A stretch of 64,000 bases of DNA, from assembly GCA_965652295.1 (NCBI GenBank), contig CBFGTS010000001.1:1-64000 (forward strand), written 5' to 3'. Every line of letters begins with the position of its first letter. Position 1 is the stretch's first letter. This document shows positions 10,601 through 18,352 of the stretch, piece after piece. Below the pieces are notes generated by a model. That model was not told the DNA's origin and ran no database searches. It saw nothing but the letters and a program-made list of their open reading frames with translations. The position numbers were made by a program, and so were the translations under genes. The stretch is from an uncultured Haloferula sp. (GTDB lineage Bacteria > Verrucomicrobiota > Verrucomicrobiia > Verrucomicrobiales > Akkermansiaceae).

Positions 10601-12625
10601 GTTCTGACCATCGAGCCGACCTACTTCAGCGGCGGCACTTCCGGGTCCACGGTGACTTGGTACACGGCTCCCGTGTTCGGCTCGCTTCCGGACGGCCACC
10701 CCTTGCTCGGAGCCAAGGGCTCGTTCACCACCACTCTGCATCTCGACGATCTCGTGGATGCCGTCAACATGCTCGGCCGCTCGGTGTGGCCGGACAACAC
10801 GGCGAGCGCGACCTACGACGAGGTCCGGATTTGGCACGGCGCTCTTGCTCTTGCGGAAAGAACGGCCTTCCACATTTCTGGGCCGGACACGATCGATCGC
10901 TCCGACACCGATGACGACGGGTTCCCCGACGTATGGGAAGTGGCGTACTTCGGAAACACAACGACCGCGGTGGCGGGAAGTGACTTCGACAACGACGGGG
11001 CCGACGATGATGAGGAATATGAAGCGGGAAGTGATCCGAACAACATCGCCTCGACGATCTTCGATCGGGATGCCGACGGACTGGATGACGACACCTTCGA
11101 ACTCATCTATTGGCACAACCTCCTTCAAGAGGGCACGGACGATCCCGACGGGGATTTCGTGAACAACGAATACGAGGAAACAGGAGATGCCTTGGGGAGC
11201 ACCGATCCGACCGATCCGGCATCGATGCCGGATGTCGATGAGGACGGTCTGCCGGATGGTTGGGAGTTCCGCTATTTCGGTGCGGGGAACCTGACGGTGG
11301 AGGATACCGACGACAATGATTCGGATACCCTCGACAACCTTGCGGAATACACGGCGGGAACCGATCCGACCCTGGCTGACACGGATGCGGACGGCCTGGA
11401 CGACGCGGCCGAGATTGCCGCTGGAACCGATCCTCTGGATCCGGACTCCGACAATGACGGCCTCACCGATGGCGAGGAAGTGAACACCTACGGAACCGAT
11501 CCGTTGTTGGCGGACACCGATGGCGACCTGTTCTCCGACAAGTATGAGGTGGACCAGGGCAGCGATCCCAACGACATCGCGAGCCTGCCGACGCAGCCGA
11601 CGGGGTTCACCCTGGTGGAGGACTTCGACACCACCGGCATGACCTTGGGCCAGACCTTCAACGGCATCAACGGGTGGACGGTCAATACCGCCAACGTGGT
11701 CGTCAACAACCCGTCTGGATCCGGCCTTTCGGGCAGGTGGGTGGACGGAACGATGCAGCAATCGCTGACCGGAAAAGGCCTGCAGGTACTGAACGGCAAC
11801 ACCGGGACCGTGTTCATGCAGCTCTACATGGAGGGGGCGGATGCGATGCTGATCGACCACGCCTTCAGCTTCAGCGATACGACGGGAACCGGGACGGGCG
11901 ATCACGAGGCGATGACCGGCTTCAAGGATGGCAACATCACCGTCCGGAATGGTGGCGCGAACTACGACGCCGGCTACGACTACTCGATGGGGGCTTGGTT
12001 CAACGTCTGGCTGGTGGCCGACAACCAGACCGACACGACCCGCGTTTGGGTGGAAAGCCCGAGCGGCCAGACGGGGCAGATTGAAATCAGCGCCGGGCAA
12101 ACCTGCTCGTTCCGGAATGGTGTCGCCTCCAACGCGCTGATCCAGTTGTTGTTCCTGGAGTTCGACACGGGTTCGCTGGTGATCGACAACATTTATGTCG
12201 ATCCGTCCTCGCAGAACCTGACCAATCCGCTGGGCGGAGGTTCCGACGGTGATGGTGATGGCATGGATGACGCCTGGGAAACCGCCTACTTCGGAAGCAC
12301 CACCGCCGCCAACGGAGGAGCGACGGAGGACTTCGACGGAGATGGTACCGACAACCTCACCGAGTTCCGCCTCGGGCTGGTGCCGAACGACCCCACCTCG
12401 CGCTTCGCGATCCGCACCACGGATACCAACGGACCGACCGGCGGATACAGCTTCAGCTGGCCGAGCCAGGAGGGGGTGACGTTCACGATCCGCCGCTCGG
12501 TGAATCTAAGCAGCTGGTCGGACATCGCCACCAATGTGGAGGCAGCCGCCGGAGCGGACGAGACCACCTATACCGATTCCACCGCGCCGTCCGGCAAGGC
12601 ATTCTACCGCGTCGAGCTGGAATGA
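7655..12625 (+). CDS. Large secreted surface protein (1656 aa) with TSP3-like Ca-binding repeats, a LamG-like domain and a verrucomicrobial C-terminal domain
   Basis: Signal peptide; many DxDxDG(L/M)xDxxE...GTDP repeats; LamG-like KHRWSFNGDLTD...WGRIFDFG...YDEVRIW; ends ...FTIRRSVNLSSW...GKAFYRVELE. Confidence 0.85.
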   Translation: MKPNIPALSVWIVAFASHAEAADITLNAADAFGASSFNAAGQWSNAAPPSAGNNYFNNGLLLRTPPDGNSYTFMGDSLTITGTANFSAANTDALMWKGTGTASVITISNLIVNGGQIRHGQGDADSFTLAGNITVGANGLGLATQGGMIISAPISGTSQIVVMNNGNGLAARTVTFASSASTFTGDLNLNNAQSLAALADDAVFNFVIGAAGVSNTISGPGSIQLNGDFVLDLTGASTTVGSSWSLVSAATTTYGASFSLPGFTSNGAAEGARIWSREENGVLYQFNEASGSLSILNSDSDGDGLEDAFEQVIIDFDSGDAFASLGDVLPGDDFDFDSFTNLQEFAAGSDPTDVFSTPDDVDGDGMEDAWEVANFGDTSRDGTGDADNDQLDDIDEFIRGTDPNNTDSDGDNLGDGDEVSGDLNVDFFFTPTDPSLADTDGDGLDDGEEINGTANTAFGNEATDPTQLDTDFDNYSDYEETVYGTNPNDEDSIPQEHELIGLEKRNGSFEFRSGVANAVNYKLGWDGPAPDDVDAWTTWGEQTTTSTDSGVEVDATATHGSMIGFTQSGNGAKNMTTYTAKEGDVIRLTYDRVNGYTTGRTFLLFDASDLSQGFIKIPGSPEQINTANGAYSMVFTIPASSPAIGRRIGVGIHNATAGAWPGWDSVVLTVSDQDVDGDGLSDFWEDLYFGNADDNPDTAELALQSGAGNADSDTFTNLQEFEGGSDPTDGTSVPSDSDADGLDDAWELTSFGNLSYGANDDPDHDFATNEMEEAAGTLGGDSSDWPDADGDEMGDGWELHYGLNVGTNDAGLDPDVDDSTNLQEHDAGTDPTDPDWSPGKAKLKHRWSFNGDLTDAVGSSDAQIIEVGANNATLGANGVTLTGGAKGSSDYVQLGSNLIGGLDTPVTIELWATPHAVQNWGRIFDFGTDIGTTGTANNYFFMSWTNGTDPATDRVAWDSPTAGETGVTASNAPYVLDVPYHMVLTIEPTYFSGGTSGSTVTWYTAPVFGSLPDGHPLLGAKGSFTTTLHLDDLVDAVNMLGRSVWPDNTASATYDEVRIWHGALALAERTAFHISGPDTIDRSDTDDDGFPDVWEVAYFGNTTTAVAGSDFDNDGADDDEEYEAGSDPNNIASTIFDRDADGLDDDTFELIYWHNLLQEGTDDPDGDFVNNEYEETGDALGSTDPTDPASMPDVDEDGLPDGWEFRYFGAGNLTVEDTDDNDSDTLDNLAEYTAGTDPTLADTDADGLDDAAEIAAGTDPLDPDSDNDGLTDGEEVNTYGTDPLLADTDGDLFSDKYEVDQGSDPNDIASLPTQPTGFTLVEDFDTTGMTLGQTFNGINGWTVNTANVVVNNPSGSGLSGRWVDGTMQQSLTGKGLQVLNGNTGTVFMQLYMEGADAMLIDHAFSFSDTTGTGTGDHEAMTGFKDGNITVRNGGANYDAGYDYSMGAWFNVWLVADNQTDTTRVWVESPSGQTGQIEISAGQTCSFRNGVASNALIQLLFLEFDTGSLVIDNIYVDPSSQNLTNPLGGGSDGDGDGMDDAWETAYFGSTTAANGGATEDFDGDGTDNLTEFRLGLVPNDPTSRFAIRTTDTNGPTGGYSFSWPSQEGVTFTIRRSVNLSSWSDIATNVEAAAGADETTYTDSTAPSGKAFYRVELE

Positions 12626-12650
12626 ACCTCTGAGATGATATCTGACGACG

Positions 12651-12698
12651 GGCGGTCCGGGGGTTGCACTTCCGGGCCGCCTTTCGTTTCTCTTTTTT
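12651..12698 (+). terminator. Rho-independent terminator
   Basis: GGCGGTCCGGGGG-TTGCA-CTTCCGGGCCGCC followed by a T-rich tract, 25 bp after the stop codon. Confidence 0.7.
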
Positions 12699-12722
12699 CG
12701 CCCCGTTCCCCGGCCTATCGAA

Positions 12723-13565
12723 ATGAAACGATCTTTCCTCGTCGCGCTTGCCATCGCGTGCGTTCTTCATGCCGCCGAGCACCAGGCGCTGCCGCCTGCC
12801 GGCCCCGATTGGGAGCTGGTTTGGGCAGACGAGTTCGAGGTCGAGGGTCGGCCGAACCCGGAATACTGGGAGTTTGAAACCGGTTTTCTCCGCAACCGGG
12901 AACTCCAGTGGTACCAGCCCGCGAACGCGATGGTCCGCGACGGGCATCTGGTGATCGAGGGACGTCGGGAGAAGGTCGCCAACCCGCATTTCGTCGAAGG
13001 CTCCGACCGCTGGCAGCACCGCAGGCGGGAAGCCCGTTTCACGTCGGCTTCCCTGATCACCCGGCCGGAGCATTCATGGACCTATGGACGCTTCGAGATC
13101 CGCGCCCGCTTTCCCGCGCTGCCGGGGCTTTGGCCGGCGATCTGGACGACGGGGAGGGGCCGCTGGCCGCATGCCGGGGAGATCGATATCATGGAGTTTT
13201 ACCAGGGCCACCTGTTGGCGAATTTCGTGCAAGCGGGGCCGCGCGGCGAGGATGTTTGGAATGACTCGCGCCACCCCTTGAAGGCCTTCGATCCCGATGG
13301 ATGGGACGAGCGCTTCCACATCTGGGTGATGGAGTGGACGGAAGAACGCATCGACATCTATCTGGACGGGAAGTTGCTCAATTCCCACGACCTCACGAAG
13401 CCTTTCACGGGTGCGGACCCCCGGCTTGAGCCTTTCAAGGCACCGCAGCGGTTGCGCCTCAACATGGCCATCGGCGGCCAGGGTGGCGATCCTTCCGGCA
13501 CTGCTTTCCCGCAGCACTACGAGATCGATTACGTGCGAATCTACCAGCGCGGGAAGGGCTCCTAA
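12723..13565 (+). CDS. Glycoside hydrolase family 16 (laminarinase-like)
   Basis: Signal peptide; WELVWADEF; NRELQWY; FTSASLIT; YGRFEIRA; GLWPAIW; catalytic GEIDIMEF (ExDxxE); EIDYVRIYQ. Confidence 0.95.
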   Translation: MKRSFLVALAIACVLHAAEHQALPPAGPDWELVWADEFEVEGRPNPEYWEFETGFLRNRELQWYQPANAMVRDGHLVIEGRREKVANPHFVEGSDRWQHRRREARFTSASLITRPEHSWTYGRFEIRARFPALPGLWPAIWTTGRGRWPHAGEIDIMEFYQGHLLANFVQAGPRGEDVWNDSRHPLKAFDPDGWDERFHIWVMEWTEERIDIYLDGKLLNSHDLTKPFTGADPRLEPFKAPQRLRLNMAIGGQGGDPSGTAFPQHYEIDYVRIYQRGKGS

Positions 13566-14224
13566 TGTGGCCCTGCCTGGGGGGGAGTTGCAGGTTTTCC
13601 GCCGCTCTGCTTCTCCAGCGGAAGATAAGCTTCGCGGAAGGTGCGGGGGTTCATGCCGGTGAAGGTCAGGAAATTGCGGTTGAACTGTGAGATCGATTGC
13701 GGAGAGCAGGCGGCGGAAATTTCCCCAATGGTTTTTTGCGGTTCGCGGATCAGCATCCGCGACGCATGGGCGCAGCGTTCGGAGCTGAGCCACTGGCGGA
13801 AGGGGAGGCCGGTGACGCGGGTGAACTCATCGCCCAGGCGCGCCGGTCGGGTGCCGAGATGGGAGCCCATCGAGCCGAGGTCCAGCGAACGGGCGGAATG
13901 CTGGGTCAGGAGCTTCCACACCACCCGCACGTCCCTCGGCCACGCTTCATGGCCTTCGTTCACCCATTCGACCATGGCCTTTACCAGCGCTCGGATGTTC
14001 GCTTGACGCCATTCCAGGTAGGGCTCGGGGGCCCAGCGCAGCACCATCAACAGGTCCGAGCCCGCATGCCGGATCGCCAAAAGGTTCTCGTGCTCCAGTG
14101 GCGGGGTGGAAACGAAGACGGCGGACAGGCCGCAAACGTGGTCCAGAGCGGCTTGGTAGTCCGCCCATGCGGGGTGCGATCGAATGTCTGGGTTTTGTAG
14201 CAGTCCTGCTTCCTCGGATCTCAT
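13562..14224 (-). CDS. AraC-family regulator, atypical (short N-terminal domain), paralog 1
   Basis: C-terminal AraC HTH: FTRVTGLPFRQWL...TIGEISAACSPQSISQFNRNFLTFTGMNPRTFR. Confidence 0.8.
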   Translation of the reverse strand: MRSEEAGLLQNPDIRSHPAWADYQAALDHVCGLSAVFVSTPPLEHENLLAIRHAGSDLLMVLRWAPEPYLEWRQANIRALVKAMVEWVNEGHEAWPRDVRVVWKLLTQHSARSLDLGSMGSHLGTRPARLGDEFTRVTGLPFRQWLSSERCAHASRMLIREPQKTIGEISAACSPQSISQFNRNFLTFTGMNPRTFREAYLPLEKQSGGKPATPPQAGPH

Positions 14225-14347
14225 TTTAAGCCGAAGCCTTGGGTTGGGCTCAACTCGACAAGCCCACCTGTTAGCACGATCTCAAGGAATCGTATTTTCT
14301 CCGCAAAATTGGCGAAGCTCCATGGGTTCCGGGATTTTTTCCAAAGG

Positions 14348-14995
14348 TCAGGTGTGTCCGGTGCGGCGGAACTGGCGGGGTGTCGAGCCGGTGGCCGTGA
14401 GGAAGTTCCGGTTGAACTGCGAGACCGACTGCGCGGAGCAGTTCGAGGCGATCTCCGCGATGGGCTGCTGGGGATGCTGGAGTAAAAGCTTCGCCGCACG
14501 GGCGCAGCGCTCCTCTCCCAGCCAGCGGCGGAAGCTGGAGCCGGTGGCGAGCGTGAACTGCTCTCCAAGGCGGGCGGGAGCCATGCCCAGATGCTTGGCG
14601 ATCGAGCCGAGATCGAGGGGCTGATCTGAGTGGTTTTGGACCAGCCGCCATACCACGCGGGTCGGCTTCGGCCACGGGCCGCGGCCTTGGTTCATCCACT
14701 GGATCATGGCCTGCGTGAGGAGCATCATCGATTTCCGCCGCCATTCCAGCGGAGGCGCGGGTGCTGGAATCCACAGGACGGGATGCTCACGCCCCTTGGC
14801 GCGGACGACCAGAGGCTCATCGGATGTGTGCCCGAAGTCAGGGTGCTCGGTCTCGCCGGTGGCGGGAGCGCGCCCTGCCAGATGCTCCAGTGCAGAGGCG
14901 TAATCCGGCCAAGCAGGGTGCGCCGTCGGGTCGGCCATCGCCAGTCTGCCCGGAGGTTGGTGCATCATCGATTCTGGGTTGGTGGGTTGAATCAC
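14348..14995 (-). CDS. AraC-family regulator, atypical, paralog 2
   Basis: FTLATGSSFRRWL...PIAEIASNCSAQSVSQFNRNFLTATGSTPRQFR; colinear with paralog 1. The start is uncertain and may be a downstream ATG. Confidence 0.8.
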   Translation of the reverse strand: MIQPTNPESMMHQPPGRLAMADPTAHPAWPDYASALEHLAGRAPATGETEHPDFGHTSDEPLVVRAKGREHPVLWIPAPAPPLEWRRKSMMLLTQAMIQWMNQGRGPWPKPTRVVWRLVQNHSDQPLDLGSIAKHLGMAPARLGEQFTLATGSSFRRWLGEERCARAAKLLLQHPQQPIAEIASNCSAQSVSQFNRNFLTATGSTPRQFRRTGHT

Positions 14996-15086
14996 TTTTC
15001 AATAAACACCCGGTTTGGAATTCCGCAAAAAATTTACCGGTATTAGACTTCCGTATTTTTGCTGAGAGGTTTAGGGTGAGCGCGAA

Positions 15087-15470
15087 ATGAAACGAGGAGG
15101 GTGGAACTTGCTGAGCAAGCACGGGCAGGCGTTGGTGAGTATTTCGCGTCGTCCTGACATCCGGATGATCGATCTGGCCCACGAGTTGGGCATGACGGAA
15201 CGGGCGATCCGGCTTGTGCTGGCGGCTCTGAAGACTTCGGAAGCGCTGCGGGTGGTCCGCCGTGGGCGGAACAACCGATACGAGGTCGATTTCGACTTCG
15301 CCCTGACCCACCCCGTGGAAAACGGACTGTCGTTGAGGCAGTTTCTCGCCCTGTACGGGATGTCGGATGACCCAGGTGCGGGCCTCGGCGGAGAGGATGG
15401 AGAGGAGCGGGATTCATTGCACGACGGGGTGGGCGGTTCCCCAGACGCCGGTGAAAAAACTGTCTCGTAG
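15087..15470 (+). CDS. Winged-helix transcriptional regulator (MarR/ArsR-like, WTFLTNH-type)
   Basis: WNLLSKHGQAL...PDIRMIDLAHELGMTERAIRLVLAAL...RRGRNNRYEV resembles the WTFLTNHAHVL...GITERAV...GRRNRY family. Confidence 0.8.
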   Translation: MKRGGWNLLSKHGQALVSISRRPDIRMIDLAHELGMTERAIRLVLAALKTSEALRVVRRGRNNRYEVDFDFALTHPVENGLSLRQFLALYGMSDDPGAGLGGEDGEERDSLHDGVGGSPDAGEKTVS

Positions 15471-16046
15471 GGGACGACGGGTGTCGGGGGCTTGATCCCG
15501 CTCGACGAGATCGGCCATCTCCGGCGAAGGAGCGGTTTCCAAGTGGCCCAGAGCGATGGCAGTCGCGGGCTCGTGGGTGGGCGGTATGTCGAAGGTCTCG
15601 CGGATGCGATCGAGGTCGATGCCCGCCATTTGATGGACGAACAGGCCCAGCGAGGTGGCTTGGAAGGTCATGTGCGCCGCAGCGGCACCGATGTCGTGCA
15701 GGTGGTGGCGGTTCGGCTTGTTGTTCTTTTGAAAGGCAGTGCGGGCGAAGGAGAGCAGGAGGACAGGGGCGCGCTTGGCCCACTCCTGGTTCGCGGGGAC
15801 GAGGCATGAAAGGATGCGCGCGTGGAGATCGTCGTCTTCGCCCATTCTCCCCACGATGAAGGCCCACGGCTGCTCGTTGTAGGAGGAGGGGGCCCAGCGC
15901 CCGGCTTCGAGAATGGATTTCAGCTCGTCCGCGGTCACGGGACGCTCCGAAAAGCAGCAGGGGCTCCATCGTTCCCGTAGCAGCGGGACGATCTCCGCCT
16001 CCGTGTTCTGATGTAGGGTGGTGGCTTCAGGCGTCGCAGGGTCCAT
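15414..16046 (-). CDS. Nitroreductase family protein
   Basis: LLRERWSPCCFS; EAGRWAPSSYNEQPWAF; HDIGAAAAHMTFQATSLGLFVHQMAG. An SD-like AAGGGG lies upstream of ATG 16046. Confidence 0.92.
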   Translation of the reverse strand: MDPATPEATTLHQNTEAEIVPLLRERWSPCCFSERPVTADELKSILEAGRWAPSSYNEQPWAFIVGRMGEDDDLHARILSCLVPANQEWAKRAPVLLLSFARTAFQKNNKPNRHHLHDIGAAAAHMTFQATSLGLFVHQMAGIDLDRIRETFDIPPTHEPATAIALGHLETAPSPEMADLVERDQAPDTRRPLRDSFFTGVWGTAHPVVQ

Positions 16047-16234
16047 CCATCCCCTTTTCGCATGAGCCATTCCAAGGTGAGAGAAGTGACGCCATGCGGC
16101 TCACGATCATGGGATTACGCAAAATTTCGCGCAGCACGGGGAGTGGGGCCATCGTTGCGATGTGCACCATTCGGAGCGCGGCCCATGCAAAATCCATCAG
16201 AAGTTCGGGCCCGGCCAGCCGCCTGCGGGCGGCC

Positions 16235-17002
16235 TCAGCGGATGCCCATATCCTTGCGGAACGCCTCGACCATCTTGAGGAAACGGAGATCGTTGGTGCG
16301 GGAGGATTCGTTGTCGAAATTCAGCCCGTAGGGCCAGAAGTGCATGCGGTCGGCGTGCAGCACGGCGTCGGGGCCGTCGAACTCCTTGAGCTGTGCGACG
16401 GCGTGCTTGCCGGTCCATTTGCCGTCCTCGACGTGTTCGTGCCATTCGGGGTGGGTGCCGATGCCCAGGGTGTGGGCGATTTCGTGGAGGGCGACGCGGC
16501 GGTTGATCGTGCCGCCCCAGTTGATCCAGCCGTCGTAGTTGGCATCGGCAGTGGGGGTGCCCGGGCTGTTGTGGGCGGTGACGTGTTTCTTGAACTTTCC
16601 GTGGCGATTGATGAATGCGACGGCCTGATCCATGGCCTTCACGATCATTTTCCGTCGGTCCGCCGGCCACTTGTCGGAGCCATCGGAAAGTCCGTAGGTG
16701 AGAGGCCCCTGAAGCTCCTTCTCCCGTCGCGCTTCCTCTTCTTCGGCCTTCTGGCGGGCCGCGGCTTCCTCCGCCCATTTCGAAGCAATCAGGATGTCCT
16801 GCCCGGAAAGCTTGTCGACCGGGATGTCCACCGTGGTGCCGTTGGCTCTGCGGATCTGCACGGAGTCCGCGTCCGCGGAAACGAAAGTGCCTTCGATGCC
16901 GCGTCCGTCCGTGGAGGTCCATGTCCGGGGTTGGGAGGGTTCGGTCGCGGCGGCGGACAATGTCAGCCAGAGCGCGAGGAAAGCAGCGAGAAGGATGGGC
17001 AT
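16235..17002 (-). CDS. Secreted SHD1-domain protein with a C-terminal HExxH zincin-like domain
   Basis: Signal peptide; RTWTSTDGRGIEGTFV...VDIPVDKLSGQD (SHD1); PTADANYDGWINWGG...RVALHEIAHTLGIG. Confidence 0.75.
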   Translation of the reverse strand: MPILLAAFLALWLTLSAAATEPSQPRTWTSTDGRGIEGTFVSADADSVQIRRANGTTVDIPVDKLSGQDILIASKWAEEAAARQKAEEEEARREKELQGPLTYGLSDGSDKWPADRRKMIVKAMDQAVAFINRHGKFKKHVTAHNSPGTPTADANYDGWINWGGTINRRVALHEIAHTLGIGTHPEWHEHVEDGKWTGKHAVAQLKEFDGPDAVLHADRMHFWPYGLNFDNESSRTNDLRFLKMVEAFRKDMGIR

Positions 17003-17150
17003 GGTTTTCAAAACGAATGAAGCGTCGGAACGCGTTCAGGATCAAGAAGCGTTTCGTGGGTGGAATGCCAGGGCTTACGAGCTGATTTATGGGGCTTTAT
17101 CGCAACTTTTGCTTTCCGGGAGGCCTGTCAAAAACCGAGTTTCTTTCTCG

Positions 17151-18206
17151 ATGAACTTGGACTCCTCAGCTGGCAAGCGGGTCACGCGGCGCGTGCGCCT
17201 CAAGGATGTCGCCGAACGGGCGGGGGTGGCGGTTAACACGGCATCGACGATTCTCAACCGGCGTCCCAACTCGTGGGCTTCGAAGGCCACGATCGAGCGG
17301 GTCTTTGCCGCAGCGAAAGAACTCGGCTATCGCCCCAACCGGGCCGCGGTGGCCCTGCAGTCCGGTCGGTTCAACACCGTGGGGTTGCTGATCGCCGATC
17401 TCAAGAACCCCTACTTCACCCACATTGCCTCGGTGCTCGGCGTGGAGTTCGAGCGCCGCGGATACGATCTGGTGATCGAGAGCTGGCGCAATGACACCGA
17501 GCGGGAGAAGAAGCTGATGCGGGATTTCGTGGACCGGAATGTGGATGGGATGTTGTGCTTTTTCAGCGACATCGATGCCCACCGTGAGTTTCTCGAAAAA
17601 CAAGCGGAGAGCGGTCCTCCGATCGTCGCGCTGGCGATGGCGGGCACGGAAACGGCACCGGTGGACAAGGTGATGGCGGATTTCGGCACCGGGATGCGCG
17701 AGGCGGCCGAGCGGCTTTATGCCGATGGCCACCGCAAGTTCGCCTTCCTGGCCGCGCGGTTGAAGGGTCACCGGGTGGGACGCCGTCCGGGGCTGTTTCA
17801 GCAGATGGTGAGCGAGTTGGAGGGAGCGGAGTTCCGGATGATCGAGTGCGGCACGGAAATCCATGAAGCCCGCGAGGCGGCGGCGCGGATCTTCTCCTCG
17901 GGCGATCGGCCGACGGCGTTCATTGCGCTGAATGATTTCACCGCCATCGGTGTGATCCGGGCCGCGGCGGATGCCGGACTGCGGGTGCCGGAGGATGTTT
18001 CGGTGGTTGGCATCGATGGCGTTCCACTGTCCGAATTTCTGACCGTCTCTCTTTCCACCGTGGCGCAACCGCACGACGCGATGTTGACCAAGGCGGTCGA
18101 GTTTCTAATCGAACGAATGGAAGGTGAGGACTGCCAGCCGCGGGAGGAGTTTTTCCCCACCACCTTCATCGCCCGCGAATCGAGTGGAGTGGTGCCGGGC
18201 GCTTGA
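17151..18206 (+). CDS. LacI-family transcriptional regulator
   Basis: VRLKDVAERAGVAVNTASTILN; LGYRPNRAAVAL; GLRVPEDVSVVGIDG; LSTVAQP. Start placed at ATG 17151, not 16794. Confidence 0.95.
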   Translation: MNLDSSAGKRVTRRVRLKDVAERAGVAVNTASTILNRRPNSWASKATIERVFAAAKELGYRPNRAAVALQSGRFNTVGLLIADLKNPYFTHIASVLGVEFERRGYDLVIESWRNDTEREKKLMRDFVDRNVDGMLCFFSDIDAHREFLEKQAESGPPIVALAMAGTETAPVDKVMADFGTGMREAAERLYADGHRKFAFLAARLKGHRVGRRPGLFQQMVSELEGAEFRMIECGTEIHEAREAAARIFSSGDRPTAFIALNDFTAIGVIRAAADAGLRVPEDVSVVGIDGVPLSEFLTVSLSTVAQPHDAMLTKAVEFLIERMEGEDCQPREEFFPTTFIARESSGVVPGA

Positions 18207-18352
18207 AAACCAGGCTGTCCGCAGATGGCGCGGAGGAGGATGGATGCGCTTGGAGTCTCTCCCAGATGGGGGATGTGGCAGGTTCAATAATGAGGATAGC
18301 GCCGACTTGACGCTGTGAGGCACGGCGGTGCAGGACTTCCGGTCCATATTGC

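Noticed and set aside
15414..15470. 57-bp convergent overlap between the wHTH and nitroreductase genes as a regulatory device
   Set aside because: The wHTH tail is low-complexity and probably a neutral stop-codon extension.
16794..17150. N-terminal extension of the LacI ORF
   Set aside because: It overlaps the divergent SHD1 gene; the HTH starts just after ATG 17151.
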